From Eledone cirrhosa (lineage: Eukaryota): a stretch of 64,000 nucleotides of DNA. The notes beneath the pieces are model-generated. The model searched no databases, was not told the DNA's origin, and was given only the letters and a program-made list of their open reading frames with translations. The stretch lies in assembly GCA_964016885.1 (NCBI GenBank), contig OZ024748.1:2790001-2854000 (forward strand), read 5' to 3'. Positions 30,038 to 44,200 of the stretch are shown in pieces; position 1 is the stretch's first letter, and each line of letters begins with the position of its first letter. The position numbers and the translations under genes are program-made.

Positions 30038-30073
30038 TCTTCTGATGAAGGACTAGCGTCCGAAACGTTAAGA
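30038..30073 (+). ncRNA. Minimal PLE-type hammerhead ribozyme (in element about 29965-30155; homolog 49995-50165, core at 50099)
   Basis: TCTT-CTGATGA-A-GGAC TAGC GTCC-GAA-ACGT-T-AAGA: stem I TCTT/AAGA, palindromic ACGT stem III. Confidence 0.8.
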
Positions 30074-30158
30074 CCCTCTTCCTGCTATATCAAGCGTTAA
30101 CTTAATATATCCCTTTCATATACTGTACCGATTGTGTTTGTTATTAATGTTTACCTTT

Positions 30159-30193
<35 letters not shown>

Positions 30194-30265
30194 GTCTTTG
30201 TAGGTATGTGTATGTGTGTATATATATATGTCTGTGTGTGTAAGGATGCGTATATATATATATAT

Positions 30266-30296
<31 letters not shown>

Positions 30297-30362
30297 AAGG
30301 ATGCGTATATATATATATATTATATATATATATGTATGTATTTGTATATAGGACTCCGGTAG

Positions 30363-30600
30363 GCACTGGTACTCTCCATTTTCCTGTATACACGCGTGAC
30401 ATGGACTTTCACTGTAGCTATAGAAAGACATACGATTCTGTTGCAAGATCTAAGATACCTTCTAGGTAGAACGACATTGCAAATGGACTGGTCCGCTGAA
30501 CAATCCGCCATTCGCTCCCTTGAACAACTTCTCAGAACATTAAAGAACAGAAAGCTGTATGATATGATATGGTATGGTCAGGATCGGCGCTACTATTAGG
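30363..30600 (+). pseudogene. Decayed RTE-clade non-LTR retrotransposon ORF fragment (post-RT region)
   Basis: Translates [22 protein letters not shown]...EQLLRTLKNRKL..WYGQ.RR, resembling RTE LLY(G/A)CETWT...RKL.W(F/Y)GH..R. Confidence 0.7.
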
Positions 30601-30689
30601 TCAACTAGGCGGCTGACTCGAGCGCACAACAGAGAGGGGCGCATTACTGAACTTTAAGAATCGGGGTTGGACACTTGGATACAAATTTG

Positions 30690-30905
30690 TTGGATTGGAA
30701 GTATCGGTAGAGCGTCGGACACCATGCTTTGCCACTGCATAGATTTAAAGCCCTTTACGTTCTGATTTCAAATCCCACCGAGGTTAGCTTTGCCTTTCAT
30801 CATTACCGGGTCGATAAAATAAAGTACCAGTTACGCACTGGGGTAGATTTAATCGAATTTTCCTTCCCTCAAAATTGCTGGTATTGTCTCTAAATCAGAA
30901 ACCAT
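30690..30905 (+). mobile_element. SINE S1, near full length
   Basis: GGAAGTATCGGTAGAG...GATTTCAAATCCCACCGAGG...GCCTTTCATC...GGTCGATAAAATAAAGTACCAG. Confidence 0.85.
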
Positions 30906-31177
30906 TAAATTTAATGTAGAATAAGTTAATGTGATCAATAAATGAATTACTAATCAACTCTGATAAGTAGCGGCGTTTTGTAAATATCCAAAGCGGTGGA
31001 GAGGGTCGTATGGTGTTATGACCTGCCACGATTTAACGTGGCCGGTTACGGACTGTGAAATAAAAACAATGCAAACTTTTTGTGATCGAAGCAAACCGTA
31101 TCAAAACCTAGGTTTTTCAGCTTACCAAACTATAAGTTGAAATTATTTTATTTGGGACCATGCGGTGTGTGTGTGTT

Positions 31178-31244
<67 letters not shown>

Positions 31245-31247
<3 letters not shown>

Positions 31248-31441
31248 TGGTTACACAACAGTTAGTTCACCACACCGAGAACAATTGCTTCACCCTCAGC
31301 TCGCTTTCCGAGCTGAGGGTCCGCTAGGGTGAGGCAATTGTTCTCGGTGTGGTGAACTAACTGTTGTGTAACCACTTCTACCTAACTCGTCCCATGGACT
31401 GAGTGCTCTACCACTACGGATATTACCTTCCAGTGTTGCAC

Positions 31442-31445
<4 letters not shown>
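31245..31445 (+). mobile_element. Fold-back PLE-like element with variant hammerhead fold
   Basis: Inverted arms within 31245-31377; CCGAG-CTGAGGG-TCC GCTA GGG-T-GAGG-CAATTG-TT-CTCGG; (TA)n on both sides. Confidence 0.65.
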
Positions 31446-31513
<68 letters not shown>

Positions 31514-31597
31514 GCAAATTTACTTCGTCTTTGCTCACTTATTCCTGAGAGAGTCGTGGGGGCAAATCTAACTTTCTAACTATTCCATTTGCTGACT

Positions 31598-31740
31598 ATA
31601 TGGACGGCCATGTAACAAGATCAATGGAACTGTGAAAAGGAAAAGAAGAGGAGGCGGACACTGGAAACAACACGAAAGAAAGGACGCTCCGATCCTTGGA
31701 TACACGGCATAGGACCACGGCGTAGATAGGACTCCATGAG
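31598..31740 (+). pseudogene. Decayed RTE-clade C-terminal fragment
   Basis: With frameshifts reads (W)-GHVTRS...GTVKRKRRGGG..W, resembling RTE WYGHVTR...G.V.G.R.RGR...W. Confidence 0.55.
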
Positions 31741-31769
31741 TGGTTGAGGGCTTACTTATGCAAGCCCTT

Positions 31770-31807
<38 letters not shown>

Positions 31808-31922
31808 ATTAATTATATAATAAACAACACAATATAATTATTCCATTACTAAAGGTTTCAGGAAACTAGACGATCCTTACAGAACCGTCCAGCTCGTTCA
31901 TCAGATGAAATGTGTGTGTGTG

Positions 31923-31973
<51 letters not shown>

Positions 31974-32102
31974 TCCGTATGTAGTTGTAGGCCGAGAGAA
32001 AGGAGTACTCAATACCGAAGAAGAGATTTAATATTCATTTGGTTAAGGCTAAACAGTGAGTCTTGTTACTCTGGAGTTTCGCGAGACTCCAGGCTAATAA
32101 AA

Positions 32103-32143
<41 letters not shown>

Positions 32144-32266
32144 GACACGCACACTTACATATACATACGCAAGGTGTCCCCCAAAAATGTATACACACAT
32201 TGATTATCTGTACAGGTAATAATTATTAGTATGCAGTGGAAGTGTATATACTTTTTTTTTTGCAAC

Positions 32267-32350
<84 letters not shown>

Positions 32351-32434
32351 ACTCCTATTAATTCTTTTTAATATTTTACACTCAACATTTGATAAGTTGG
32401 ATCTTAATAACACATCGAAACTGCTAATTCTTCA

Positions 32435-32597
32435 TATACTTTATATACATAATATACTTTATATACATAATATACTTTATATACATAATATACTTTATAT
32501 ACATAATATACTTTATATACATAATATACTTTATATACATAATATACTTTATATACATAATATACTTTATATACATAATATACTTTATATACATAAT
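32435..32597. repeat. 18-bp minisatellite ATACTTTATATACATAAT x9
   Basis: Direct inspection. Confidence 0.95.
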
Positions 32598-32863
32598 AAA
32601 AAACTTTTTTTTAGATAATTGTTTCTGCTTTTGGCACAAGGCCAGCAATTATCCCAGTGCATTACTGGTACTTTATTTTATCGACCCCGTAAGGATGAAA
32701 GGCAAAATGTTATCTTTTCAATAATGTCACTTTGATGAATCAAAAAGTAAAACAGACCCTCATATTTATTTTCCGTGCTATTTCCAACTTCACATTTTCT
32801 CTCTATCCACTGTTTTGTATAGAATCCTCACTTCCCTTTTCTAATATATATATCTAATATATA

Positions 32864-32944
<81 letters not shown>

Positions 32945-32971
32945 ATAATAATAAATTTGAAGACTAAGTTG

Positions 32972-33022
32972 AGTTTCAGAAGATCCCGTTAAGGGTGAAA
33001 GCAGCGATTCTTTGCTTAAACT
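32972..33022 (+). ncRNA. Hammerhead-like fold with CAGAAGA core (family A)
   Basis: AGTTT-CAGAAGA-T-CCC GTTAA GGG-T-GAA-AGCA GCGATTCTT TGCT-T-AAACT: stem I 5 bp, stem III 4 bp, CUU triplet. Confidence 0.6.
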
Positions 33023-33055
33023 TTAATCTGTTATTTTAATAAATATATATATATA

Positions 33056-33130
<75 letters not shown>

Positions 33131-33179
33131 TTTTGTCGTGCGTGTCTCCGATCTACAGTTGTGTTCTTCATCTTAACAG

Positions 33180-33295
33180 TAATAATTGTTTCTATTTTAG
33201 GCACAAGGCCAGCAATTACCCAGTGCATTACTGGTACTTTATTTTATCGACCCCGAAAGGATGAAAGGCAAAGTCAACCTCGGTGGGATTTGAAG
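33180..33295 (-). mobile_element. SINE S1 truncated (also 32615-32705, 37172-37275, 57836-57910)
   Basis: GGCACAAGGCCAGCAA...ACTGGTACTTTATTTTATCG. Confidence 0.75.
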
Positions 33296-33518
33296 CCAAT
33301 ATTTAATACCAAATGGTAGAGAAAAGGTATTTAGAATTCTTTATATGTATTATCATTTCTTTTCATAAATATATTTTACTTGTAGAGGTTGGTGAAGCTT
33401 GCCTGAGGTGTTGTGTAATATGTACAACATATTGTATGTTTTATTAGATGGATAATGGGACATTAACAGCTAGAAATAATGGTAACAATGTTGGAATGTT
33501 ACCTTGAATTTGTTTAAG

Positions 33519-33581
<63 letters not shown>

Positions 33582-33769
33582 GCCAGTGTGACATATATGT
33601 ATGTGTATATATATATATGTATATATATGCATATATGTATATATATGCATATATACATATATGTTTATATATATATGCATATGTGTATATATGTATATGT
33701 GTATATATATATGTGTTTATATATATATATGCATATATGTATTATATATATATACACGCACACACATAC

Positions 33770-33829
<60 letters not shown>

Positions 33830-33916
33830 GTATATACAAATATATATATATATATATATATATAAACGGAAAAAATGAAACGAATTTTCATTTCACACTA
33901 TTAGTACGGCTGTTAC

Positions 33917-33974
<58 letters not shown>

Positions 33975-34480
33975 TTATATATATGTGTGTGTGTATAATT
34001 TTATTTTATTTCATGTTTTGCTCTGCCGTTCATAGCTCGTTATACAAGGAAGGTTATTATTAGTAAGGTGAATACAATATTCACCGATACAGCCCATATA
34101 TAAACACACACACATACACCTTATATACACACACACATACAACTTATATACACACACGCGCGCATACATCTTATATACACACACACACGCATACATCGTA
34201 TATACATATATGCTCACACATACATATATACGGCGAAACACACAGACGCTCCCATATTTGCCTGAATTTATAACAACATATATTTATATGTAAACAGATA
34301 TATATATTTATATATATATACATACATACACACACACACACACATATATATATGTGTGTGTGTGTGTGTATGGACTAGAATCTTGTGGTTAGTCAAATAG
34401 TAGCCTAGCATGTTTTTTATTAGATTTACAGTCACATACACACATGTAGATATATATTCATATATACATAAATAGGTGTA

Positions 34481-34595
<115 letters not shown>

Positions 34596-34601
34596 TATGT
34601 A

Positions 34602-34632
<31 letters not shown>

Positions 34633-34659
34633 ATATGTATATATATATATATGTATATA

Positions 34660-34717
<58 letters not shown>

Positions 34718-34766
34718 GAACAGATTAAAGCCCTCTTTGGATTCTAGTCTTCACATTTATTATTTT

Positions 34767-34945
34767 GGCAGTATCGGTAGAGGGTCGGACGCCATGCTTT
34801 CCAGCATAGTTACGTCCCTTTACGATCTGAGTTCAAATCCCGCCGAGGTTGACTTTACCTTTCATCCTTACGGGGTCGATAAAATAAAGTACCAGTAATG
34901 CACTGGGTAATTGCTGGCCTTGTGCCTAAAGTAGAAACAATTATT
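34767..34945 (+). mobile_element. SINE S1, best preserved copy
   Basis: TGGCAGTATCGGTAGAG (A box), GAGTTCAAATCCCGCC (B box), GACTTTACCTTTCATCCTTACGGGGTCGATAAAATAAAGTACCAG, (ATT)n tail. Confidence 0.85.
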
Positions 34946-35393
34946 ATTATTACTATATATATATAAGGGCGGTGCCCCAGCATGGTCTCAGCCGGCTGGA
35001 TGGAACAGGTAAACGAGTAATATATGTGTATCCAGGTTTCAACCAGGAGTAACCACAGTAAGTAAGGTACTCAATACATAGCAGAGTATAAATATTTAAT
35101 ATAGAAATGGCTTCTACAAGACTGTAACTGTTTCATTCGGGAGAAATCATTGTATTTATTATTATTAATATATTATATTATTACTAAGAGTAAAATCATG
35201 AGGACTCGATAAGAGTTTATATATAGCGTTTGGCTTGTGTCAGACGGTGTGACCCCAAAATCCACCTCAACGGCCGATGACAGAGTTCTCTGTCCTTTGT
35301 GTTTTTATTTTAAGTTTTATTTATTTTAAGTTTTCACCTTAAAGAATTGTTTTTCGTTCGTTCTCTTGTCCTCTCTTTCTTATTTTTCTAAAG

Positions 35394-35432
<39 letters not shown>

Positions 35433-35880
35433 AAACTGTTGTTGTCTGTGTGTGTCCTCATTTTTGGAAAGTCTATACAAATCCACATTTCTACTCCGAT
35501 TGACTTCAAACTTGCATTTATAAATTCCTTGCGGTCTAAAGATATTAACTGCAGCTTTATTTTTCAATCTTCTGTTGTTAAAGGTGTGTTAGGTGCTGGT
35601 TATCCATCTCCGTAGTGCTCTTATAATATCTGTCTGTATGCCTGGCTGTCTGCATTACGACATTCTGACGAACATTGATGACGTATAATGTTCGCTATTT
35701 TCCATTCATTGGCAGGGAACGTCTTCACGAACCAAAGTATCGTCATCCTGTTTTCCTTCGGTTGCAACGTTTTTCGAAATATTTACTTCTGCGTTCACAG
35801 ATTGATGTTTTTAGTTTCAGAAGATCCCGTTAAGGGTAAAAGCAACGATTCTTTGCTTAAACTTTAATCTGTTATTTTAA

Positions 35881-36528
35881 TCTATATATGTATATATATA
35901 AAACTGAGGAAGGAAGGACGCGTGTGTGTGTGTGTGTTAAACCCGAGAAGTAGCCAACCGATTTTTTTCAAACTTTACATGTGTATTACTTATGTTTCGG
36001 GGAGTGTTATGTACATCCCATAAAAAAATTCAACTTTTTGATCCCCTAGGGACCGCATTAGGTGAAAAACTGCGTTTTTTTTTCAATTTTTTAGGGGTGT
36101 TTTGAGGCGTTACGTCAGACCGATTTCCTTGAAATTGTAACTATGTATTAGTCAGTCTCTTCTTCATACCGTGAGAACAGAAAATCCAACTTTTTATGGC
36201 CTTGGGCCCGCATTAGGTGAAAAACTTCATTTTTTCAGCTTTTTAGGGCTTTTTTGAGACGTTACGTCTAGCCGATTTTCCCGAATTTTCAAGGCATATT
36301 ATGCACATAAAAAAATTCATTTTCTTGATCCCCTAGGGCTCGCATTAGGTGAAAACCTGCATTTTTCCTGCTTCATCGAGGAAAATCTCAAAGATTATCC
36401 AGCCATCAGAGTATTCGGTTTATTTTCTTTACATATTGTCCAGGCATGCAGTTTTTCCACGATTAGGTCTGTTGGCGGTTCGCGTTCCAAAATCCCTTAT
36501 CTCGTACAACGCCGGGTACCACTGCTAG
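35881..36528 (+). mobile_element. Non-autonomous Helitron
   Basis: Inserted between A and T: 5' TCTATAT...AAAACTG, 3' CAACGCCGGGTACCACTGCTAG; internal repeats CGCATTAGGTGAAAA x3; related 5' fragment at about 35425-35560. Confidence 0.75.
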
Positions 36529-36619
<91 letters not shown>

Positions 36620-36709
36620 GAGTCAGGGCCCAGACGGCTGAGCTCCAGCCGTTTCGACAGCTAGATCCGAATGTTATGGTCCACCTGGTTTCTAACCACA
36701 CTTTCTTTG

Positions 36710-36749
<40 letters not shown>

Positions 36750-36837
36750 TTCCAAAAGATGCATATACTCTTTAATTACTTTTACGGGCAATATTTATCA
36801 GAATGGTGTAAATTTTTGGGGGAACACCCTGTATATA

Positions 36838-36946
<109 letters not shown>

Positions 36947-37397
36947 CCGTAGAGCAATATTTATTGTTAGCATAGGTTAACAGTTAAGCGAACAATTTAT
37001 GCTTACACCCTTCTTATACGAGATCGTCTGAAACTGTGTCCATGGGTTGATATACATATATACATATGTATATATATGTATAATGTATGTATGTATATAT
37101 ATCGCTTTCAGAAGATCTCGTATAAGGGTGAAAGCAAAAATTATTTTCTTTTTATCTGTGCAAATAATAATATAATTGTTTCTACTTTAGGCACAAGGCC
37201 AGCAAATACTCAGTACATTACTGGTACTTTATTTTATCGACCCCGTAAGGATGAACGGCAAAGTCAACCTCGGCGTAATAATATAATAGAATTGAAATAG
37301 AAATACAAGCTTCGCCATAATATTTTTGATATATAATATAGTCTAATAACGGGGCGTATAAACCCACAGAAGGTAAAAGATGGGGATCTGTAATATA

Positions 37398-37605
37398 TAT
37401 GTGGCTTTGTGGTTAGGGTATTCAGCTCACGATCGATTCCCGGCGGCGCCATCTGTCCTTGAGCAAGACACTTTATTTCACGTTGTTCCAGTCAAGTCAG
37501 CTGGCAAACACGAGTTGTACCTGTAATGGGCCAGCGTTGTCATATTCTGTGTCACGTTGAATCTACCTGGGAACCATATGAAGGGTACTCGTGCCTATGA
37601 AACTC
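37398..37605 (+). mobile_element. CORE-type SINE S2
   Basis: GTGGCTTTGTGGTTAGG...GATCGATTCCCGG...TCCTTGAGCAAGACACTTTATTTCACGTTG. Confidence 0.75.
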
Positions 37606-37748
37606 GTGTATCTATCCTTTATCATCGTGTCTCTATTTTTGTATTCCCGAAGAAGGGTTAAATCCTGACACGTCGAATTCTCTTTCTCGTTTTCCATATA
37701 AAGCGTGAAACTAATGCCTTTTTGTATCTCTGTTTTGTCGTTTCCTTT

Positions 37749-37800
<52 letters not shown>

Positions 37801-37867
37801 AAAGGGTCAGGACCCCGACGGCTGAGCTCCGGCCGTTTCGACAACTAGATGCGAACATATATGTATA

Positions 37868-37968
37868 TAGGGTGTTACAAAAATATGTATACGCAAAGGT
37901 TGTGTATTCTAATAAAGATTGCCTGTACAGGTAATCAAAGTGTGTGCACATTTTGGGGGGACATCCTG
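37868..37968. mobile_element. Tc1/mariner MITE (also 32170-32272, 36744-36831)
   Basis: TAGGGTGTTACAAAAATATGTATAC ... CACATTTTGGGGGGACATCCTG. Confidence 0.7.
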
Positions 37969-37975
37969 TGTATAA

Positions 37976-38012
<37 letters not shown>

Positions 38013-38579
38013 CATTAATTACTATATTTTTTTCTCTGCATTGTTTGCAGTTACAGAGAGACGCTTTCGTGCATTGATTCAACTCAACCGTGGACATCTC
38101 ACACGCATCAGATACGACTGACATTGCACGGACACACAGACACACACGCAGGCACACACACACACATACACAGGCACTCTCACATACACACACATACACA
38201 CACACACAAACAGGCACACACACACACACTCACACTCACTCACACACACTCACACTCACACTCACACACACACACACTCACTCACAAACAAGCACACACA
38301 TACACACACACTCAGAAACAGGCACACACACACACACACACTCACAAACAGGCACACACACACACATACAAACAGGCACACACGCACACAGGCAGACACA
38401 TACACAGGAACATTGACGAGCAGGCACGACACACACACACACACACACACATACACACACACACACACGCGCACACACACACACACACAATAAACGTATT
38501 TAATCAATTTTAATTAAAGATCTACTGCGAAAAGAATCTTTTTCTAATTATAATTATTATTGCAGTATCTATGCTGCTA

Positions 38580-38762
38580 AGCCATGCTTAGCAGCATAGA
38601 GTTACGGCCTTTTACGGTCTAGATTCAAATCCCGCCGAGGTTAACTTTGCCTTTCATCCTTATGCGGTCTATAAAATAAAGTACCAGTAATGTACTGGGG
38701 TCAATTTAATTGACTTTCTCCTACACCAACATTTCTGGCCTTGTGCCTAAATCAGAAACCTT
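38580..38762 (+). mobile_element. SINE S1
   Basis: GATTCAAATCCCGCCGAGGTTAACTTTGCCTTTCATCCTT...AAAATAAAGTACCAG. Confidence 0.8.
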
Positions 38763-38831
38763 TATTATTATTGACAGCATCGTCAGAGTTTCCTAAATGC
38801 CTTGCGGTATTTATTTTGGTTCTTTATATTT

Positions 38832-38929
<98 letters not shown>

Positions 38930-39557
38930 CGTGGTCCTGTAACTCCTGATGTTGTAAAGACGCCGTAGTGACATACACCAAGAATAGAAAATGGTAAAGG
39001 TGAAGAAATATATATATATATATATATATATATTTGTATATATATATATGCATACATATTTGTATATATATATATGCATACATATTTGTATATATATATA
39101 TACATACATATTTCTATATATATATACATACATACATATTTGTATATATATATACATACATATTTGTATATATATATATACATACATATTTGTATATATA
39201 TATACATACATATTTGTATATATATATATACATACATATTTGTATATATATATACATACATATTGTATATATATATATACATACATATTTGTATATATAT
39301 ATATGCATACATATTTGTATATATATATATGCATACATATTTCTATATATATATACATACATACATATTTGTATATATATATACATACATATTTGTATAT
39401 ATATATATGCATACATATTTGTATATATATATATACATACATATTTCTATATATATATACATACATACATATTTGTATATATATATACATACATATTTGT
39501 ATATATATGTATACATTAATATATATATTAATATATAAATATACACACACACATATA

Positions 39558-39616
<59 letters not shown>

Positions 39617-39619
39617 CTA

Positions 39620-39673
<54 letters not shown>

Positions 39674-39799
39674 CACACATACATATATACAACCACCCAT
39701 TCCACTCAAAGGGGCAACGAATCTTTGAACATTAAACAGGGTCAAAAAACGGGTGCTCAGATATACTTGTGGGGCACAATAGACTATTATGCCGAGCTG

Positions 39800-39852
<53 letters not shown>

Positions 39853-39984
39853 TAGAGAGAGGGAGAGGGAGAGGGAGAGGGAGATAGCGTGTATGTATGT
39901 TGTCTAACCATGCAAGACATTAACCATCTCATCACAACTACCGTAATCCTTTCATCAGCTAAAATCGCAAGTGTATATACATGG

Positions 39985-40047
<63 letters not shown>

Positions 40048-40091
40048 TAATACTTACAAATACATACACGCACACATAGGTATTTTAATAA

Positions 40092-40147
<56 letters not shown>

Positions 40148-40422
40148 GGAGATATAGATATATATGTATATATATAAATATATACATAAATATACATGTG
40201 TGTATGTTCAAATATATATATAGATATATGTGTGTATAGTTAAATATATATATATGTGTGTGTGTGTACACATATGTTTGTGTATATGAATGTTCATGTG
40301 TGTGTATGTATGTTTTCCTCACATTTACACTTGACTGAATGCATATGTCGGGCGATCGAACACGAAATCAATATTTTAACCATTTACTGGTTCTCCATTT
40401 ATTATTAATTCATCTGCTTTCG

Positions 40423-40474
<52 letters not shown>

Positions 40475-40518
40475 TCTTTACATATGTATGTATTATATAT
40501 ATATGTACATAAGCACAT

Positions 40519-40608
<90 letters not shown>

Positions 40609-40771
40609 ATGTGTGCTTATAAATATAATTACCTATTAATATTTGCAGACACTCACGCATTTATATATAGACATACATAAATATATATATATATATAATA
40701 TATATACATATATATATACATAAATATATATATATATATATATACATAAATATATATATATATATATATAC

Positions 40772-41020
<249 letters not shown>

Positions 41021-41111
41021 CATATTTGTGTTTACAAGAACTTCATAAACCTAATCCACGGAATATATTTAGACACGGAAACACGCACATGCTTATATCC
41101 ACACACACACA

Positions 41112-41182
<71 letters not shown>

Positions 41183-41274
41183 GTTGTACCTGATGAAATT
41201 ATAGTTTTCGGGAAATGTATAATCGAAATGAAAACAGCCATAAAAAGGAATATTTCTTGGTGATGTGTCCTTAA

Positions 41275-42720
41275 TATAGGCCACCACACCTCGTAATATG
41301 CCTCTCACCTCATGTAAGCTATAGGCCACCATACCTCGTAATATGCCTCTCACCTCATGTAAGCTATAGGCCACCACACCTCGTAATATGCCTCTCACCT
41401 CATGTAAGCTATAGGCCACCACACCTCGTAATATGCCTCTCACCTCATGTAAACTATAGGCCACCACACCTCGTAATATGCCTCTCACCTGATGTAAGCT
41501 ATAGGCCACCACACCTCGTAATATGCCTCTCACCTCATGTAAGCTATAGGCCACCACACCTCGTAATATGCCTCTCACCTGATGTAAACTATAGGCCACC
41601 ACACCTCGTAATATGCCTCTCACCTCATGTAAGCTATAGGCCACCACACCTCGTAATATGCCTCTCACCTCATGTAAACTATAGGCCACCACACCTCGTA
41701 ATATGCCTCTCACCTGATGTAAACTATAGGCCACCACACCTCGTAATATGCCTCTCACCTCATGTAAGCTATAGGCCACCACACCTCGTAATATGCCTCT
41801 CACCTGATGTAAGCTATAGGCCACCACACCTCGTAATATGCCTCTCACCTCATGTAAGCTATAGGCCACCACACCTCGTAATATGCCTCTCACCTCATGT
41901 AAGCTATAGGCCACCACACCTCGTAATATGCCTCTCACCTGATGTAAGCTATAGGCCACCACACCTCGTAATATGCCTCTCACCTCATGTAAGCTATAGG
42001 CCACCACACCTCGTAATATGCCTCTCACCTCATGTAAGCTATAGGCCACCACACCTCGTAATATGCCTCTCACCTGATGTAAACTATAGGCCACCACACC
42101 TCGTAATATGCCTCTCACCTGATGTAAGCTATAGGCCACCACACCTCGTAATATGCCTCTCACCTGATGTAAGCTATAGGCCACCACACCTCGCAATATG
42201 CCTCTCACCTCATGTAAGCTATAGGCCACCACACCTCGTAATATGCCTCTCACCTCATGTAAGCTATAGGCCACCACACCTCGTAATATGCCTCTCACCT
42301 CATGTAAGCTATAGGCCACCACACCTCGTAATATGCCTCTCACCTCATGTAAACTATAGGCCACCACACCTCGTAATATGCCTCTCACCTGATGTAAGCT
42401 ATAGGCCACCACACCTCGTAATATGCCTCTCACCTCATGTAAGCTATAGGCCACCACACCTCGTAATATGCCTCTCACCTCATGTAAGCTATAGGCCACC
42501 ACACCTCGTAATATGCCTCTCACCTCATGTAAGATATAGGCCACCACACCTCGTAATATGCCTCTCACCTCATGTAAGCTATAGGCCACAAAACCTCGTA
42601 ATATGCCTCTCACCTCATGTAAGCTATAGGCCACCACACCTCGTAATATGCCTCTCACCTCATGTAAGCTATAGGCCACCACACCTCGTAATATGCCTCT
42701 CACCTGATGTAAACTATAGG
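41275..42720. repeat. 45-bp minisatellite TAGGCCACCACACCTCGTAATATGCCTCTCACCT(C/G)ATGTAA(G/A)CTA, about 32 copies
   Basis: Near-identical units; direct inspection. Confidence 0.97.
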
Positions 42721-43162
42721 CCACTTCAGCTGGTAATAGGTCTAGACCCGATGTAAACTATAGGCCACTTCAGCTGGTAATAGGTCTAGACCCGATATAA
42801 GCTATAGGCCACCACAACTGTTAATAGGTCTACCTGATGTAAGCTATAGGCCACGACATCTGGTAATAGGTCTACCTGATATAAGCTATAGGCCACCACA
42901 TCTGGTAATAGGTCTACCCGATGTAAGCTATAGGCCACCACATCTGGTAATAGGTCTACCCGATGTAAGCTATAGGCCACCACATCTGGTAATAGGTCTA
43001 CCCGATGTAAGCTATAGGCCACCACATCTGGTAATAGGTCTACCTGATATAAGCTATAGGCCACCAGATCTGGTAATAGGTCTACCCGATGTAAGCTATA
43101 GGCCACCATATCTGGTAATAGGTCTACCCGATGTAAGCTATAGGCCACTACAGATGGTAATA
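42717..43162. repeat. 42-bp related minisatellite TAGGCCACCACATCTGGTAATAGGTCTACC(C/T)GATGTAAGCTA, about 10 copies
   Basis: Shares GATGTAAGCTATAGGCCACCACA with the 45-bp unit; more diverged. Confidence 0.95.
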
Positions 43163-43203
43163 TTACACAGGATCTACTGTTGTGAGAGTGTATAAGCTTC
43201 ACC

Positions 43204-43508
43204 ACGAGGTGTTATATATATACACACGGGGTCTTATATATATATATACACGGGGTCTTATATATATATATATACACGGGGTCTTATATATATATATACA
43301 CGGGGTCTTATATATATACACGGGGTCTTATATATATATATACACGGGGTCTTATATATATATATATACACGGGGTCTTATATATATATACACGGGGTCT
43401 TATATATATATATATACACGGGGTCTTATATATATATACACGGGGTCTTATATATATATATACACGGGGTCTTATATATATATACACGGGGTCTTATATA
43501 TATATACA
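43204..43508. repeat. Array of CACGGGGTCT(TA)n units, about 13 copies
   Basis: Direct inspection. Confidence 0.9.
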
Positions 43509-43509
43509 C

Positions 43510-43735
43510 TTAAGAAAATTAACAAAGAAAGGACAAGAAAACGAACGAAAACAAAAGAAAACGAAAACAATTTTTTAAGGGGAAACCTTAAAAAAATTAT
43601 TTTTTTTAAATACAAACGAAGGACACAGGACTCCATGGTCATCGGCTGTTGAGATGGACATGGGCAGTTTCGACCCCTACCAACGGTACTGCTGGTCCAT
43701 CCGGGGTCACAGCTGACATAAGCCAAACGCTGCCC
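43510..43735 (-). mobile_element. Dispersed short element, reverse-complement homolog of 35222-35392
   Basis: GGGGTCACA.CTGACA(T/C)AAGCCAAACGC and GTCATCGGC(T/C)GTTGAG(A/G)TGGA shared in opposite orientation. Confidence 0.65.
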
Positions 43736-43759
43736 AGTTGAGTAAGAGACAATAAATAA

Positions 43760-43826
<67 letters not shown>

Positions 43827-44022
43827 TATATAACTATATCCCTGCATATTACTCAGAGAAATAAATGTAGAATTAAGACCAAACAGAAAAAGCCCCTCGT
43901 CCCAGAGACCTTACAAAGAGGATCCTAGTCCACTCTGTACGTGATATACTGTATATAAGTTTTCTTTAAACAACAGAATCCAACAACTAAATACAAAAAT
44001 AATAAACTAATCCCAAAATACA

Positions 44023-44200
44023 CCAGCACCGGTCGGCGTCGAAACCTCAGACGTATTCGGGCCCCTTACTGCCGAGCTCCTCCGCAAGATCGGAACGTCA
44101 ACAACCCGTCTGAGCCGAAGGGGCCCCGAGAGGTGGTGTAGCTGTTGCAGCAGGTGTCGCTGGCCATTGTCCGCGGGCGAAGCCCCAGCCCCGATACGGC
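44023..44200 (+). pseudogene. Decayed CRE-clade non-LTR retrotransposon 3' end (restriction-like endonuclease C-terminus)
   Basis: GC-rich island translating PVGVETSDVFGPLTAELLRKIG...(frameshift) KGPREVV*LLQQVSLAIVRG, resembling CRE F.P.AVET.G..G...LG......DPRE..(W/F)L.Q.LS.AI.RGN. Confidence 0.7.

Noticed and set aside
41093-42724. 543-aa repeat ORF
   Set aside because: Near-identical 45-bp units running into (GT)n, with no unique N- or C-terminal domain; treated as a minisatellite.
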